Assembly (NCBI GenBank): GCA_013265495.1
Contig: MU057521.1
Span: 1,314,335-1,378,334, forward strand
DNA: 64,000 bases
Reading direction: 5' to 3'
DNA from: Vicugna vicugna
Taxonomy: Eukaryota
The notes under the pieces are model-generated. The model was not told the origin of the DNA, searched no databases, and saw nothing but the letters and a program-made list of their open reading frames with translations. Below, in pieces: positions 37,901 through 49,855 of the stretch; position 1 is the stretch's first letter; each line of letters starts with the position of its first letter. The position numbers and the translations under genes were made by a program.

Positions 37901-40900
37901 TTCCCCCGTGTCTTCAGATTGTAAAAATGTAGACAATTTTGTTGAAGAAATGTCAGGCATTCTTCTGTCCAGGCCAGGCTGGAAGCTCAGTCCTGAGAGC
38001 TGCCCCGGGTAGAAGAGTCCTGCCCTGAGGCCCGCCGGCCCTAACCAGCCAGTGGAGCCACCTGGCCAGGTGGCCTCCTCCCGCCTCCCATATTTTTCTC
38101 TAGGCCCCACCCGCCTCTGCTCCACTAAATCCCTACGTCTGGCGTGTTGAGCTTGACTTCAGTTAGTATTTGATTTTTCTGTTTTCTGCAGAAACCTGTC
38201 TTATCCGATTTTTTAGCTATAAATTACTGTGACATCCGCTTCCAGTTCTGAACTTGGAACTGAGAAGCATCACAGTGGGATGCTTTCCTTCCTGTAACAA
38301 ACATGTGACCATGGCCATGGCGGAGAACAGAAAGCTAGGTCGAATAGAGAAGGGAGCTCCTGGAGGAAAGGACCTAAGAAAAGGGGCCAAATTGAGCAGG
38401 TCCCCCAGAGCATCTCAGTTTAAAGAGTCTGCATTTTGACTCACTAACTGAAACATTTTCAGGGGAGAAACTTAGACCTTGTCTCTGGCCTGACTTCCCA
38501 GCCAGCAGAGAAAAAAGACATTCAAAGAAGTGGACAAGAGGGACAGCGTTTGTTTGCAGGCTCCTCTGATCTATGACTGCGATTTTTTATTTATGTGTTG
38601 TTTATTTGTTTGTAGAAAACAAAGGCTTCAACAAGGAGCAATTTCCTGGCGTGGCACCGGCAGAGTGAAGCCGCTCCCTTGGTGTCCTGGGGAACACAGG
38701 TCTCCAGGAATTGGCTTCTAGTCTCTTCTGGGTTGGAGCACTTCCAATCGTGACTTTGTTTAAAGGATTTTTTTTCAAGGGTAGCAGGACTCTTAAGTGA
38801 GGTGTTATTTTCATGTTCAATAGTTTCTCTCTCAAGAAAAACCACATCTTTCAGTTCCACTGTAACATTCAGAAGTTTGATATCATCTTTACTTAATTAA
38901 CAGCCAAATTCTCAAATATGGTCATGGATGATACTTTATAAAATAAAACCTATGGAAAATCCCTCATTTGTTCTTCTGGGCTGGGTTCTTTTCCTCTTGA
39001 TTTGACAGGAGAGACCAAGCTTCTTTCTGTTTTATTATCTGTCAGCATGAATTTTCAGTAGAGCAGGAAAGTAATTTTAGTATTTATAATGACTTTCACT
39101 ACAATAGGGTTGACTGACAGCACAAAAAATAAACGTTTAAGTCAGACTTCCCTACAGGCTTCCGAATACGGAGCCTTTAGTCTGTGTAGCTCCGCCAGCA
39201 GAAATGTTTTGTTTCTTCAGCTTGGGGTTTTTCAGGATTAGACCTAATAACATGGTACTGCATCAGGAAATCAATCCATGGAATTTTATAAAGAGTTTGC
39301 TCTTATAAAAGCTTTATAAAATAAAAATTTGATTTACAATTTATTATCTTCCCCCTGCTTTGCAAAACCTTGCACAGACTGTGGACTTGCTTATTCCAAA
39401 AGAGTTTGTCAGCCGTTAAAATTAAATACCAGCCTGTATGCCCTGAAACAAGTATATACACAACAGAAAACACGCAAGAAAGTGAGGCAACAGATGGCGG
39501 ATAAGTCAGCTGTATTGTCTTGCCATTTTAAGTCCTTTTTTAAGGCTTTCCAAGGAATTCATATGGCAGGGGGTGGGAGGGAGATGTAAAGGGTATTTGC
39601 TATAAACAGACTCCATTGTTTCTTAAAAATTCAGGGCAAGTCTGTTAGGAAACAGAAGTTAGTCCATGTAAACTCTGTGAGCCAAACATTATTTTTGTAG
39701 TTTATCGATTAAGAACTATAGTAGGACCCTGTCAGTACCTGGGCTGGTTTTTTATAAGACTTCTAAGTACCATAAATCAAATTGTTCCCCAAAACACAAG
39801 TGCTGCGACAGACCTGATCCCTGCTGGCCTCCGAGGCAGCTCTTCTACAGATTAGACCCTGAAGGGGTCACAGATGAGTACTCTGCCTCCAGGAGGATGT
39901 GCCCCTAAATGGTCCTGTTGGTTACCTGTGGGGAGAGGTGGCCGGGAGACAGTGGGATGGATCCTTCCCCAACAGCCTCTTGCACCTTTTGAATTTTGTA
40001 TTATGTGACTGTATTCTTTATTCAGTAAATCGACATTTTAAAAGTGGTTTTACTTTATTTGCTTAATGGAAACAACAATGGTTCAAAAGCTCTATTGTTT
40101 TAGAAAGAAACAGATCAATCCTGAAGGCAAACTAGGAAACAAAAAATGTAGATAACTAAAAGTTTGTACATCTCAACTCACTTACCGAAGGCCTTCTGTT
40201 GCTATATCTAGGGCTAAGAGAGGAGGCTGTAGGTGGTTGCCAGAATTACCCCATTAACTGAAAATCTGCAGCCTTATGCTAAATTCCCTCCTTCCCTGGG
40301 AGGTTACTTCTGAAACACTTAAGCAGGAACATGTTTTTGTCAAATTACTGCCTAACTAGGATTGCCCCCAATAATAAGAGCTTCCACTGCACAACTACTG
40401 GGAACTTGGTCTTGGGGAATGGCGTCAGGCCCAAATTCTAGAAGTAGAGGGCCAGAGGACCAGGAGGGGTTTGGGTGGCCTAGGGGCGCTCCCAGCTGCT
40501 GGTGAGATGGTAGACTGCAGAACAGAATCTGTAGGGAAAAGGAGGGGTCCGACTGGGAGGGGCTGAAGGGTTCATTCACACCGAAAACATGCCATCCTGT
40601 GGATGTTCTTGGCAGGCATCCAGCCATCATAGAGATCTAGCTCAGCCTAACTGGAAGCCGAGCCCAAGAAGGTGGGACTCAGGGACTTGGGATCTAGTAG
40701 GCAGGCAGGCAGAGCCACTCTGACCTGCAGCATCAAGGGACAGTTACCCAGGGGATCAGCGAAAATGAGCAGCCAGGGTGTCCAAGATCTGGATTTCCTA
40801 ATAGTTATGAACACAGAGACTGCTGTGCAAAGGGCAAATCACGGGGAGCAGTTCCTGGACTTGGAGCTCAGGATCAGAGTGAGACCAGCACAGGGCAAGC

Positions 40901-41150
40901 TTCACATGCTGTGTGAGGTCTGGGAAGCTGCAGATCCTCTAGGAAGAGGGTTCACCCTAGAGCTCCAAGTGGAGGAAAAAACACAGAGCTTCTTGGGAGC
41001 AGAGAGCCAGGACAAGAGAGGAAAAACAACAAAGACACATCTTGCCTTCTCCTGAAGGTGTGAGCATCGTAAAGAGAGTTTTTCAGATTATTTTTATTTA
41101 CTCTCAAACCATATTTCCTTAACTATACCTGTGTATGTATGTTACCTTTT

Positions 41151-41279
41151 TTTTTTATGGTGGGGTGAGATAATTACGTTTATTTATTTATCTATTTTTT
41201 GATGGGGGTACCGGGATTAAACCCTGCACCTCGTGCACGCTAAGCACATACTCTGCCACTGAGCTATACCCACCCTCCC
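41151..41279 (-). mobile_element. tRNA-Ala-derived SINE (Vic-1-like) with TSD
   Basis: TSD atgttacctttt at 41139-41150 and 41280-41291; antisense tRNA-like head. Confidence 0.88.
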
Positions 41280-41499
41280 ATGTTACCTTTTAAGTTGTAT
41301 ATTTATTGCCATTTTGAAGGTTTGATGGTATATTGCAGAGTATATGATATAACTCAAGAACCAAGTAGGGTTCAGTTTAAGCTGTACCTTAAATTAGATT
41401 AATACCATTATTTCCTGCCTCACCGAAGCAGATTTTCCCAGTAGCAGATTTGCTGCTACTCCTTAAAAGATCTGTAATCCTATAGCTCTGTCACGTAGA

Positions 41500-41612
41500 C
41501 ATCTCAGTTTTGGGGAAATGAAAATGTTCTGAGATTAGACATCAGTGGTGGTTGCACAACTTTGTGAATATACTAAAAACCACTAAATGGTGCCCTTAGA
41601 GAGGGTGAATTT
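41500..41612 (+). mobile_element. L1MB 3' terminal fragment
   Basis: gaaaatgttctgagattagac...ggttgcacaactttgtgaatatactaaaaaccact. Confidence 0.75.
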
Positions 41613-43461
41613 TATGGTATGTGAGTTATATCTCGATTTTAGAAAAAAAGAAGACATGTCCAAGTGTAAAGTCACAGTGAGCTTAGGAGAAAGAAATGAA
41701 TTCTAAGGAATAATCTGTGAAAATCTGTTTTAGTGCAAGGACATCTGGTCACCTCTGGAATCTGTGACTTCCTCAGTTTTGCCAGGAGGTGTTAAGCCCC
41801 TGGGTTAGATGGTGGATGGATTGAAGGAATCACAGCCATGCTCCTAAACGTGTAAACAAATTGTCCACACATTCAGGTAGATGATGCTCACCAGGTACCA
41901 GAGTTTGGAGCAGCCTGACGGTGCTGCTAAGCTGCTGCCTCAGGGGAGCCCTTTTACCAAATTCCCCTAAAAAGAACCCGTGTGTGTGACACCGCCAAGG
42001 TCTGTGCTTATCTTAGAGAGACGCTTGCAGCTTTCTTATAGGTCAGAAGCACTTGATAATCTTTAACATCTGAAATACAGCCCAAGCACGCATTCCTCTT
42101 GTTTGCCTTTGTCATCAGCGTTGCAGGAGCAGTCACGTATCAACTGACTGCATTCAGCTGCACCATTTTGCGTCCCTACGTCTTTCTTCCACGTGCACAC
42201 ATCACTGCGCCAGACACAGAGAAACTGTCATGATGCCTATAAAAACAGAGAAAAAGAGACCAGAAAAGAGAGGAGGAAGTGATTTCTGTTACATCATTCT
42301 TCTTAATATCCCTAGGCTTACAGTGTGGTCCTTAAACCCTATCACGTGGTGAATGTACTGACATCAATCTGCATTATCTGGGGTCCAGGGAGAGTGTTAG
42401 CCGGGCGTAGGAAGCAAGTCCAAATACAACCTTCCTGGCACACCTGGCTCCAGAAAAACATTTGAAATTCTCATCGACCTCAGAGTAACTGTCCCTGTCC
42501 CCATCCCTCCTGAAAGCCAGGGGGAGGGTGGAGCAACCCACCTGCTCTGCTTAGCTGACCTGGGGTTTTCTGGCTGTGATGTTTTCTGTATAAAACTTTC
42601 TTCCATAACTGAGATATTTTGAGGATGCATGGCTTCTTCCAAGCCACGTTATTGCTACACCTTCCATCCGAGCTCTTTAGCATGCAGGCGAAGCCCACCG
42701 ATTGCTTTGTCTATGATTGGTACGGCCTCCCACAACTCTGCTGATGGTCTCCATTGCCACTTCCACCCCACCCCATGTGTCACTTCAGACCTCAGTGTCA
42801 CTACCATTTGAACATTTCACTCTACCAAAGAAGCCTTCTCTGCCCTGCCTCTACTTCCACCTTTTTCCTCATCAGGCCGATTTCTTTTTAACCAGTGAGA
42901 CTACTCTTGTCACATCCCTTAGGACACCTCCCCTGGCCATCAGCTGAGGTCAGGGTCCCCCTTCCTGCCTGAATGGTAGCCCACACCCCGGTGTGTGGAA
43001 GCCCCTTGAGGACAAGGTTGTAATTTTGCATCCCCGGGACCCAGCAGGAACTTGACCCTTGGTGTGCATGATGTGAAGTCTGTTCAGCTCAGCCCAACTC
43101 TTCCGTTTCACCGTTCAGTTTCTAACACAACCGCCTGTCAACAGGAGTTTGTGTTGTTTTTCTGACACTGACGCTGATACGGAAAAGAGCTCTCCTGCAG
43201 CAAACTGATAAGAATCTCTGATTGATGGTAGGGGACCTGGCTTTTTGTTTTGTTTTGTTTTGCTTAGATGAGCAGATTTGGACATTAATGTTGGTATTAG
43301 AATCATATAGAAAGGAGACAGAGTTTCAAAAAGCTGAAGCAGCCTGCCTGCTTGGGATCCCTCAGCCGGCAGGTGGGCAGGATTCCTGGCTCCAAGCCCA
43401 CACGCTTCCTATGACCCCATTTTTTGCTGTCCCATTTTTAAAATTCTCTGCATGTTTAAAA

Positions 43462-43703
43462 TTTTTTTCATTAATTATTTTTTATATTGAAGTATAGTCA
43501 ATTTACAATGTTGTGTTAATTTCTGGTATACAGCATAGTGATTCATTTATACGTATATATTCCTTTTCATATTCTTTTTCATTATAAGCCATTAAAAGGT
43601 GTTGAATATAATTCCCTGTGCTATACACTAGGACCTTGTTTTTATTTTATATATAGTAGTTAGTATCTGCAAACCCTGAACTCCCAATTTATCCCTCCCC
43701 ACC
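43462..43703 (-). mobile_element. Short artiodactyl-type L1 3' end with TSD
   Basis: ttgaagtatagtcaatttacaatgttgtg...ctcccaatttatccctcccc; tgtttaaaa(a)ttt on both flanks. Confidence 0.85.
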
Positions 43704-44229
43704 TGTTTAAAAATTTAAAAGGTAAGCAGTATTAAACATCCTTTCAAAATCAGAGATAGCTTGTAAGACCACATTTGACCTGGTATAATATACGTATTAA
43801 GGGGCCCCACTCTGTCTTTCAACAGTTTTATGACCAACATTGACTGAACACATTATCCACCATGAGATGACACAGCAGTGGGACAGATTCTGTATGTGGC
43901 TTATGTCAAGCAATTTTCAGCCTTCTGTGTACCGTTTGTAAATTTCCCTTTACCCATCCTATTACCGTGAGCATAACCGACATATTTTAAAATGCTTAAA
44001 AGCGTTTGATTCCAGTGTCAGCTGATTTTGCCCATTGTTGGGAGAAACAGGCTACAGTAGGAAAGTGACATTTTGGCTGGGGGGTGGGGGTGATATTATG
44101 CAGAGCAGTTTCAGGACTGTTTATAGTGGTTTCTTACTCTTTTCAGAAACGTGAGTCAGTAATTCTCTTTCTGTTTTCTCCAGAAAGAAGCTGTGCCTAA
44201 TCTCTACCTGACGTGCATTTTCTCTTTAG

Positions 44230-44311
44230 GCGACTTTCCAGATCACTCCCCCGTGTGCCAGTGAGAGGCATTACGAGCATCTTGGACGATGCTGCAGCAA
44301 ATGTGAACCGG
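44230..44311 (+). CDS. TNFRSF11A: TNFRSF11A exon 2 (CRD1)
   Basis: tttctctttag|[31 protein letters not shown]; donor G|gtttgt; 82 nt. Confidence 0.95.
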
Positions 44312-44985
44312 GTTTGTACTTCTAAACCTCCTTTCATTGTCCTTCCAAGGTGGGTGGGGCTTTTTTTTTTTTTTCCTAATCTGAGGAATGATTTCTGTCC
44401 TGTTAGATGAAAAAAGAAATTGGTTAGGCTTTTTATCTATGTCACTCTGAACACAAAAACCTTTCTCTCAAAAGATGAAATCATTTAAAAATCAAAAGCA
44501 GTTTCAGAAACTGGTACTTGAATTAAGTAGCTGCTGGAAGATGAATTAAATACCTGTTTTCCAGAACGCTATTTGAGAAGGCAAGATGGTTTTTAAACAC
44601 CTCTTCTGGCAGTTTGTGATTCAAACTTTCAAAATAGGAAATGCCACTCTTATTTGAAAGTATTCTTTTCACAGAAATTTTTGGGGACAAGTATACTGGA
44701 ATTGTTGCTGCTAAAAATTGTCTAAACCCTGTTATAACTTCCCCCCACACCTGCTCAGGTGTGGAAGGTGGACTGGTCACCATGTCCCAGAGTTTTCTGC
44801 CAGAACATGGCCAAGTATTTCTATGGCCTCAGGAAAGCCTCAGGTCCACAGGGTCCTCACTCAGCATTCTGGGGAGGGCAGAGTAGCTTTGAGTCAAAGG
44901 TGTTTACCTTATAACAAGATCCTTTAGCTATTTCAGCTACAAATGCTTCTTGGATGTGCAGAACAAAGATCCATGTGTATGTGAG

Positions 44986-45008
44986 TGTGTGTGTGTGTGT
45001 GTGTGTGT
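44986..45008. repeat. (TG)n microsatellite
   Basis: Seen directly; other CA/TG runs at about 3104-3121, 16679-16707 and 53354-53379. Confidence 0.9.
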
Positions 45009-45483
45009 CAAACAAAGTTAACCGTGAGCCCACAGTGTACGTAAAACAAAAGTAGTTCACTATCCAGATTGACAGTAGAGAGGATTTGAAGATGGGAGGG
45101 GAGGGGTGAGATGAAGTTCCTCTTGCTTAGCTCCCAGGGAGCCCCTCAAGTCCTGCCGGCACCAGTTTGAAAACCATTGTTCTTTTCCTTAGTCAGCAGA
45201 GGTTTTGGGCTGGAAAGGGTGATCTTTTACTTAGAAAAATGAAAAGGCCGCCGTGACCACAGCCACAGCACACCCAGGAGAGGTTATCTGAGTCAGCAGG
45301 TAGGCCTGAGAAGCCGTCACTGTGACTTGTGGCCACACTTCACGTGTCGTTCCGGCTGTGGGGGATGTCCTGGGATCGTGATCAAGGAAAGGGTTCAACA
45401 GACTGGTGCATTTTTGTGGACTTCTTGGTTTTGGGGGGAGAGTGTATTTTTGATTGGTGCATTTTTTCCCTTTCTGCTTTAAG

Positions 45484-45609
45484 GAAAATACATGTCTTCC
45501 AAATGCACCGCTACCTCTGGGAGCGTCTGTCTGCCCTGTGGCCCAGATGAATACCTGGACACCTGGAATGAGGAAGATAAATGCTTGCTACACAAAGTGT
45601 GTGATACAG
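45484..45609 (+). CDS. TNFRSF11A: TNFRSF11A exon 3 (CRD1-2)
   Basis: ctgctttaag|[44 protein letters not shown]; donor G|gtgagt; 126 nt. Confidence 0.97.
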
Positions 45610-45809
45610 GTGAGTCAGCCATGCATCAGCGGGAAGTGTGGATAAAGGACAGTTTCAGATACAGCAGTGCTGTCTCTTTGGAGGCCCATAGGAAGGCATG
45701 TGGACCACAGACCCCCATAAGGATATGCTTCAGACCCCAGAAGCATTGTGTTAAAATTCTTCATGTGGGACTGCTCTCCTGGAATATTTTCGTGTTTAGT
45801 CCTGGAACA

Positions 45810-46000
45810 TGTCTTACGGTTGACAAAAGGTTTCCACGTGTGTTGTGTTACTTAATCCTCACAAAATCCCTATGAGGGAGCCCTGGTCATCCCATGGTAA
45901 AGGTGAGGAAATGGAGACGAAGAGGGGGTGAATGATTTCTGCAAGGTTACAAGTGAGAAGCGGGACTCCAAACCAGATCTGAGTCTCCAGTCCTTTTCTT
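45810..46000 (-). mobile_element. MIR fragment
   Basis: cttaatcctcacaaaatccctatgagg...aaaggtgaggaaatggagac. Confidence 0.7.
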
Positions 46001-46069
46001 AAACCATCCATGTCTTACTGATGCTACAGTTTGATCGCCTTATCAGACTGCTACAGGATTTTTTGCCTC

Positions 46070-47130
46070 AAATGTTTTTTTAATTATAGCTTATTTGTTT
46101 AGAACAGGGTCAAAATGTGTCTCTTAAGTTTCAACCTAGAAGCTCCTTTCCCACTCTTTCCCATTCAGTTAGTCTGTTGAGGAAGCTGGGTTGTGAGTCC
46201 TGTGGGGTTTCCACAGTCTGAACTTTGCTGGTTGCAGTCCCTTGGTCACACTGAGTGTGCTGTTCTGTCTCCTATATTTCCTGTAAAGAGGTTGTTAGAT
46301 CAAGAAGGCTGATCAGAATCTGGTTTGGGTTTTTCTGCTTTGTTTTTGGCAAAACTCCTTCGTAAGTAGGCATAATGTGGTTATGTCAGGGCTCACAAAG
46401 TAGCTGCCTCTCTCCCTTTTGGTGACATTAGCCGCTGTTGATGATCATGGCCTAGATCCATTTTCACTAGGGGCTGCAGTGGGGGGGAGGGTATGGCTCA
46501 GTGCTAGAGCACATGCTTAGCATGCACAAGGTCCCGAGTTCAATCCCCAGTATCTCTACTGAAATAAATAAGTTAACCTAATTACCACCCCCCCAAAAAA
46601 CAAAACAAAACATGGGAATTAGGGGCTGCAGAAAGGTCAAACTCCATCATCCCTTCTTCATTTATTGGCTGGGATGCTTTATAAAGGGAAACTTCCCTCA
46701 TCCACTGTTTGTTACTCTGAAGTACAGTATTTACAGGAAAGACAGAATGAATGCTTGGAACTTGATTTGCCACTTTTTAAAGTAATGACTTGACCACCAA
46801 GTTTTCTCCAAAGGATTTGTATGAATATTATGAACTCATGCATTTAGACGTATTTGAAGTGTTTTAATCCATGGAAGTTACAAGTTTTACTGGTGCTTAG
46901 AGTATCTCCCCTCTCCCAGGTGGCCTCCATGTCTTTTGATACGATCGCAGGTGTCTTTAAGAGCTTTCTTGCTTCCAGGCTCATCTTGGACATTCCTGCC
47001 TTGAACTTGGAATCAGCATTGCTTTCAGCAGAACATCTTGTCCAGCGACCTCAGTCTGAGTGCTCGGGAGGCTCATTGCTACAGGATTGATCCTTATTTA
47101 CAGGGTTTTTCCCCAATAAACAGAACTAGG
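46070..47130 (-). mobile_element. Old L1MC-type fragment, interrupted by a SINE
   Basis: Similar to 880-1340 (tcctgtggggtttccacagtctgaactttgct vs tcctgtagaggttcgcacagtctaaatcttgct). Confidence 0.55.
46480..46619 (+). mobile_element. tRNA-Ala-derived SINE (Vic-1-like) with TSD
   Basis: Perfect TSD taggggctgcag at 46468-46479 and 46620-46631; A and B boxes present. Confidence 0.9.
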
Positions 47131-47671
47131 AAATAAATATTTCTTAAGCATCATGATTTTTCTAAAGTTTTAGAGACAGCTGGCAGATTTTGGCCAGAGA
47201 AGGTAACATGGAAACTCCACTGAGCAGAAGCATCTGATCAAGTCTTTTTTCTTTCCCACTGCTTAGTAATGAGCTTGACTCATCGCTGTCTCTTGGAAAG
47301 AAAGATTCACCATGTCTACTGCCAAAATTGATTAAATCCCCAAACCTGGTGCATTAAGATATTTTAAAATATGTCAGTATTTTTCATCACCACACAGGCT
47401 TACATTTGAGTGGGATACTGGACAAGGAAGTGACCCTTGTCCGTCTGTGTTTCCAGACATTATGTCCATGTTTAGGCATGTTGGCCTCGGTGCTTCGGAG
47501 CTGACCCCGGCCCCGGAGAGTGACACAGAGGGAGTGGAGATTTCTCAGGTTCACCAAGCTCTGCTCTGAAAAGAATGGGAGTAGGAAGCGTCCACTCCCT
47601 GCTGCTTGTGACTTGAGATGGTGAAGGAGGAGCAGGTTTCTGGTTGTTTGGTTGGTTCCCCCTCAGAACTC

Positions 47672-48023
47672 TGTCCCTGGGTGGTTCGGCTGGACTGCTC
47701 TAACAGAACACCACAGACTGAGTGACTTAAACAACAAACGCTTATCCCTTATGGATCTGGAGGCAGGAAGTCTGAGATCAGGGTGCCAGCATGGTGGGTG
47801 GGGTGCTTGGTGAGCACCCTCCTCCTGGTTTCAGGACAGCCACTTTCTTGTGTCCTCACGTGGTGGAGAGCAGAGAGGAAGCATTTCTGCCGGCTCTTAC
47901 TGTAAGGGCACTAATCCCACACGACCTGATCACCTCCCAGAGCCCCACCCTCTCGTACCATCACACTGGGGCTTAGGATTTCAGCATATGAATTTTGAGG
48001 GGACACAAGCATCAATCTATAAC
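47672..48023. mobile_element. MLT1A-like (MaLR) solo LTR
   Basis: caccacagactgagtgacttaaacaaca...tctggaggcaggaagtctgagatcagggtgccagcatgg...ttcagcatatgaattttgaggggacaca. Confidence 0.82.
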
Positions 48024-48147
48024 TCCTATAAGTATTCAGGAATATAAAGTACGAGGGACAACCCAGGTGAGATGGGGTCCTCTAGGGGTGAAAGATTTGT
48101 TTTAAATAACGTAACTGTGTTGTTTCACATGTGCATGTGCAGACAGG

Positions 48148-48794
48148 CAGTTGCTTCTTGTTATTCCCATTGTGTTCTGTAAAGTCACCACAGACATTGA
48201 CCTGGCAGCTACTGAACCTCCGCTCCTGGGGGAAATACAGGGCTAGGTTCCTGTCAGCTGCTGGTCACAGCGTTTTTGTCAATCAGTCAACACATAACCT
48301 TGTTTTGTGTTTCTGTTTAAAGACATTTTATTTAAGAAATATTTTGATTCATTGACAATGAATTCACAACAGGCAGCATTGTAACTCATCCCTAAACAAA
48401 GTTTATCTAAACATGCATTTTCTTCATAAGACACATCACAGCCTTCTTGGGCTGAGGGACACTTGATAGCATCTCAGTGCTACGCATGGGGGCCATTTTA
48501 AACAGTGATATTACCAACAAAAAGCACAAGAATGCCAAAAACAGGACACTACATAGGCCACAAAGAGGACACTGGTTTCCAGTGTGAGAACCGAAACTAG
48601 AAGGCAGAGTGTCACCCCATTTGCCCTCAGCTGGAAACATGCATGTCCAGCCAATGGCTCAAAAGTTTTGCTGTCCTGCATGTGTCTGAGAATGACCGCA
48701 AGAGTGCCAAGGGTATCGATCTGCGGGTTGCTGTTACATTTTAGCCAGTAGACGAAATTGCTCATGTGAACCAGCAAATATTGAAGATCTACTG
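48148..48794. mobile_element. MER82-like (TcMar-Tigger) non-autonomous DNA transposon, near full length
   Basis: Starts cagttgcttcttgttattc and ends caaatattgaagatctactg (degenerate TIRs); internal sequence matches MER82 as recalled. Confidence 0.75.
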
Positions 48795-49258
48795 TGTGTG
48801 TGAGCGTTTACCTCTATGCCACAAAAACTGGAAAGAAAGAGCCAGGAGATTTGGAATAAGGAGAGAGAGCTTTGCTGTGTGTTGTGAGAAAAGACACAAC
48901 TGTGTTATTCTAAGTATCGGGGGAGAGATTAATTCCCAAGCGTGTCCCCAGGCCCAACCTCCTGACTTTGACCCCTAATCTGATTACACAGGGACCCCTG
49001 TTTTCAGGACTCTGAATTATACTATGGCCCAGCAGGATCCCAAGATGAATCCCCAATCTCCAAAAACCCTATTCTCTTAGGTCCAATCTAACATTGCTGT
49101 TGAGAATGTTTATCACATTTGAATTTACTAAAAATCCAGACTGTGAAGTTGACTATTTTGCATCAGCCAAAATAGTCAAAGATCATAAACTCCTGAGGCC
49201 CTAATCCTCCCACTAACATGAAAACTGACTTTTAAAAAACCCCACAGGATTCGTTATT

Positions 49259-49299
<41 letters not shown>

Positions 49300-49357
49300 A
49301 AGAAGAAAAGGAAGGAAGGAAGGAAGGAAGGAAGGAAGGAAGGAAGGAAGGAAGGAA

Positions 49358-49439
<82 letters not shown>

Positions 49440-49485
49440 AGAAAGAAAAGGGAAGAAAAAAGAAAAGAAAAGAAAGAGAAAGCAA
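49259..49485. repeat. Compound microsatellite (AG)n(ACAG)n(GGAA)n(AGAA)n
   Basis: Seen directly. Confidence 0.97.
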
Positions 49486-49711
49486 AGCCCACTGGGATGT
49501 TTTAGTGCCAGCTCAAAGTGTGTGTGGGTGAGTGGGAACTGGAGAGTTCCTGCATCCAGGGGTCCTGCCTGACTCATCCGTCCACGAAGCTGCGCGGGCG
49601 CTGCACTGGGGCGGTTTGGGGCCAGGAGGGTCAGAGTTGGTGGCACGAGGCGGAAGATGTGCATCCACACTGCCCCCCGCTGCCTCGCCGCCCTGTCTCT
49701 CTCTCCCGCAG

Positions 49712-49855
49712 GCAAGGCCCTGGTGGCGGTGGAGCCCGGCAACCGGACGGCCCCGCGGCGCTGCGCCTGCACGGCCGGGTACCACTGGAGCGAGGACTGC
49801 CACTGCTGCCGCCGCAACAGCAAGTGCGCGCCCGGCTTCGGCGCCCGGGATCCGG
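49712..49855 (+). CDS. TNFRSF11A: TNFRSF11A exon 4 (CRD2-3)
   Basis: ctctcccgcag|[49 protein letters not shown]; donor G|gtacgg; 144 nt; contains NRT sequon. Confidence 0.97.

Noticed and set aside
49213..49823. Minus-strand Phe/Leu/Ser-rich ORFs that look like membrane proteins
   Set aside because: They are translations of the microsatellite.
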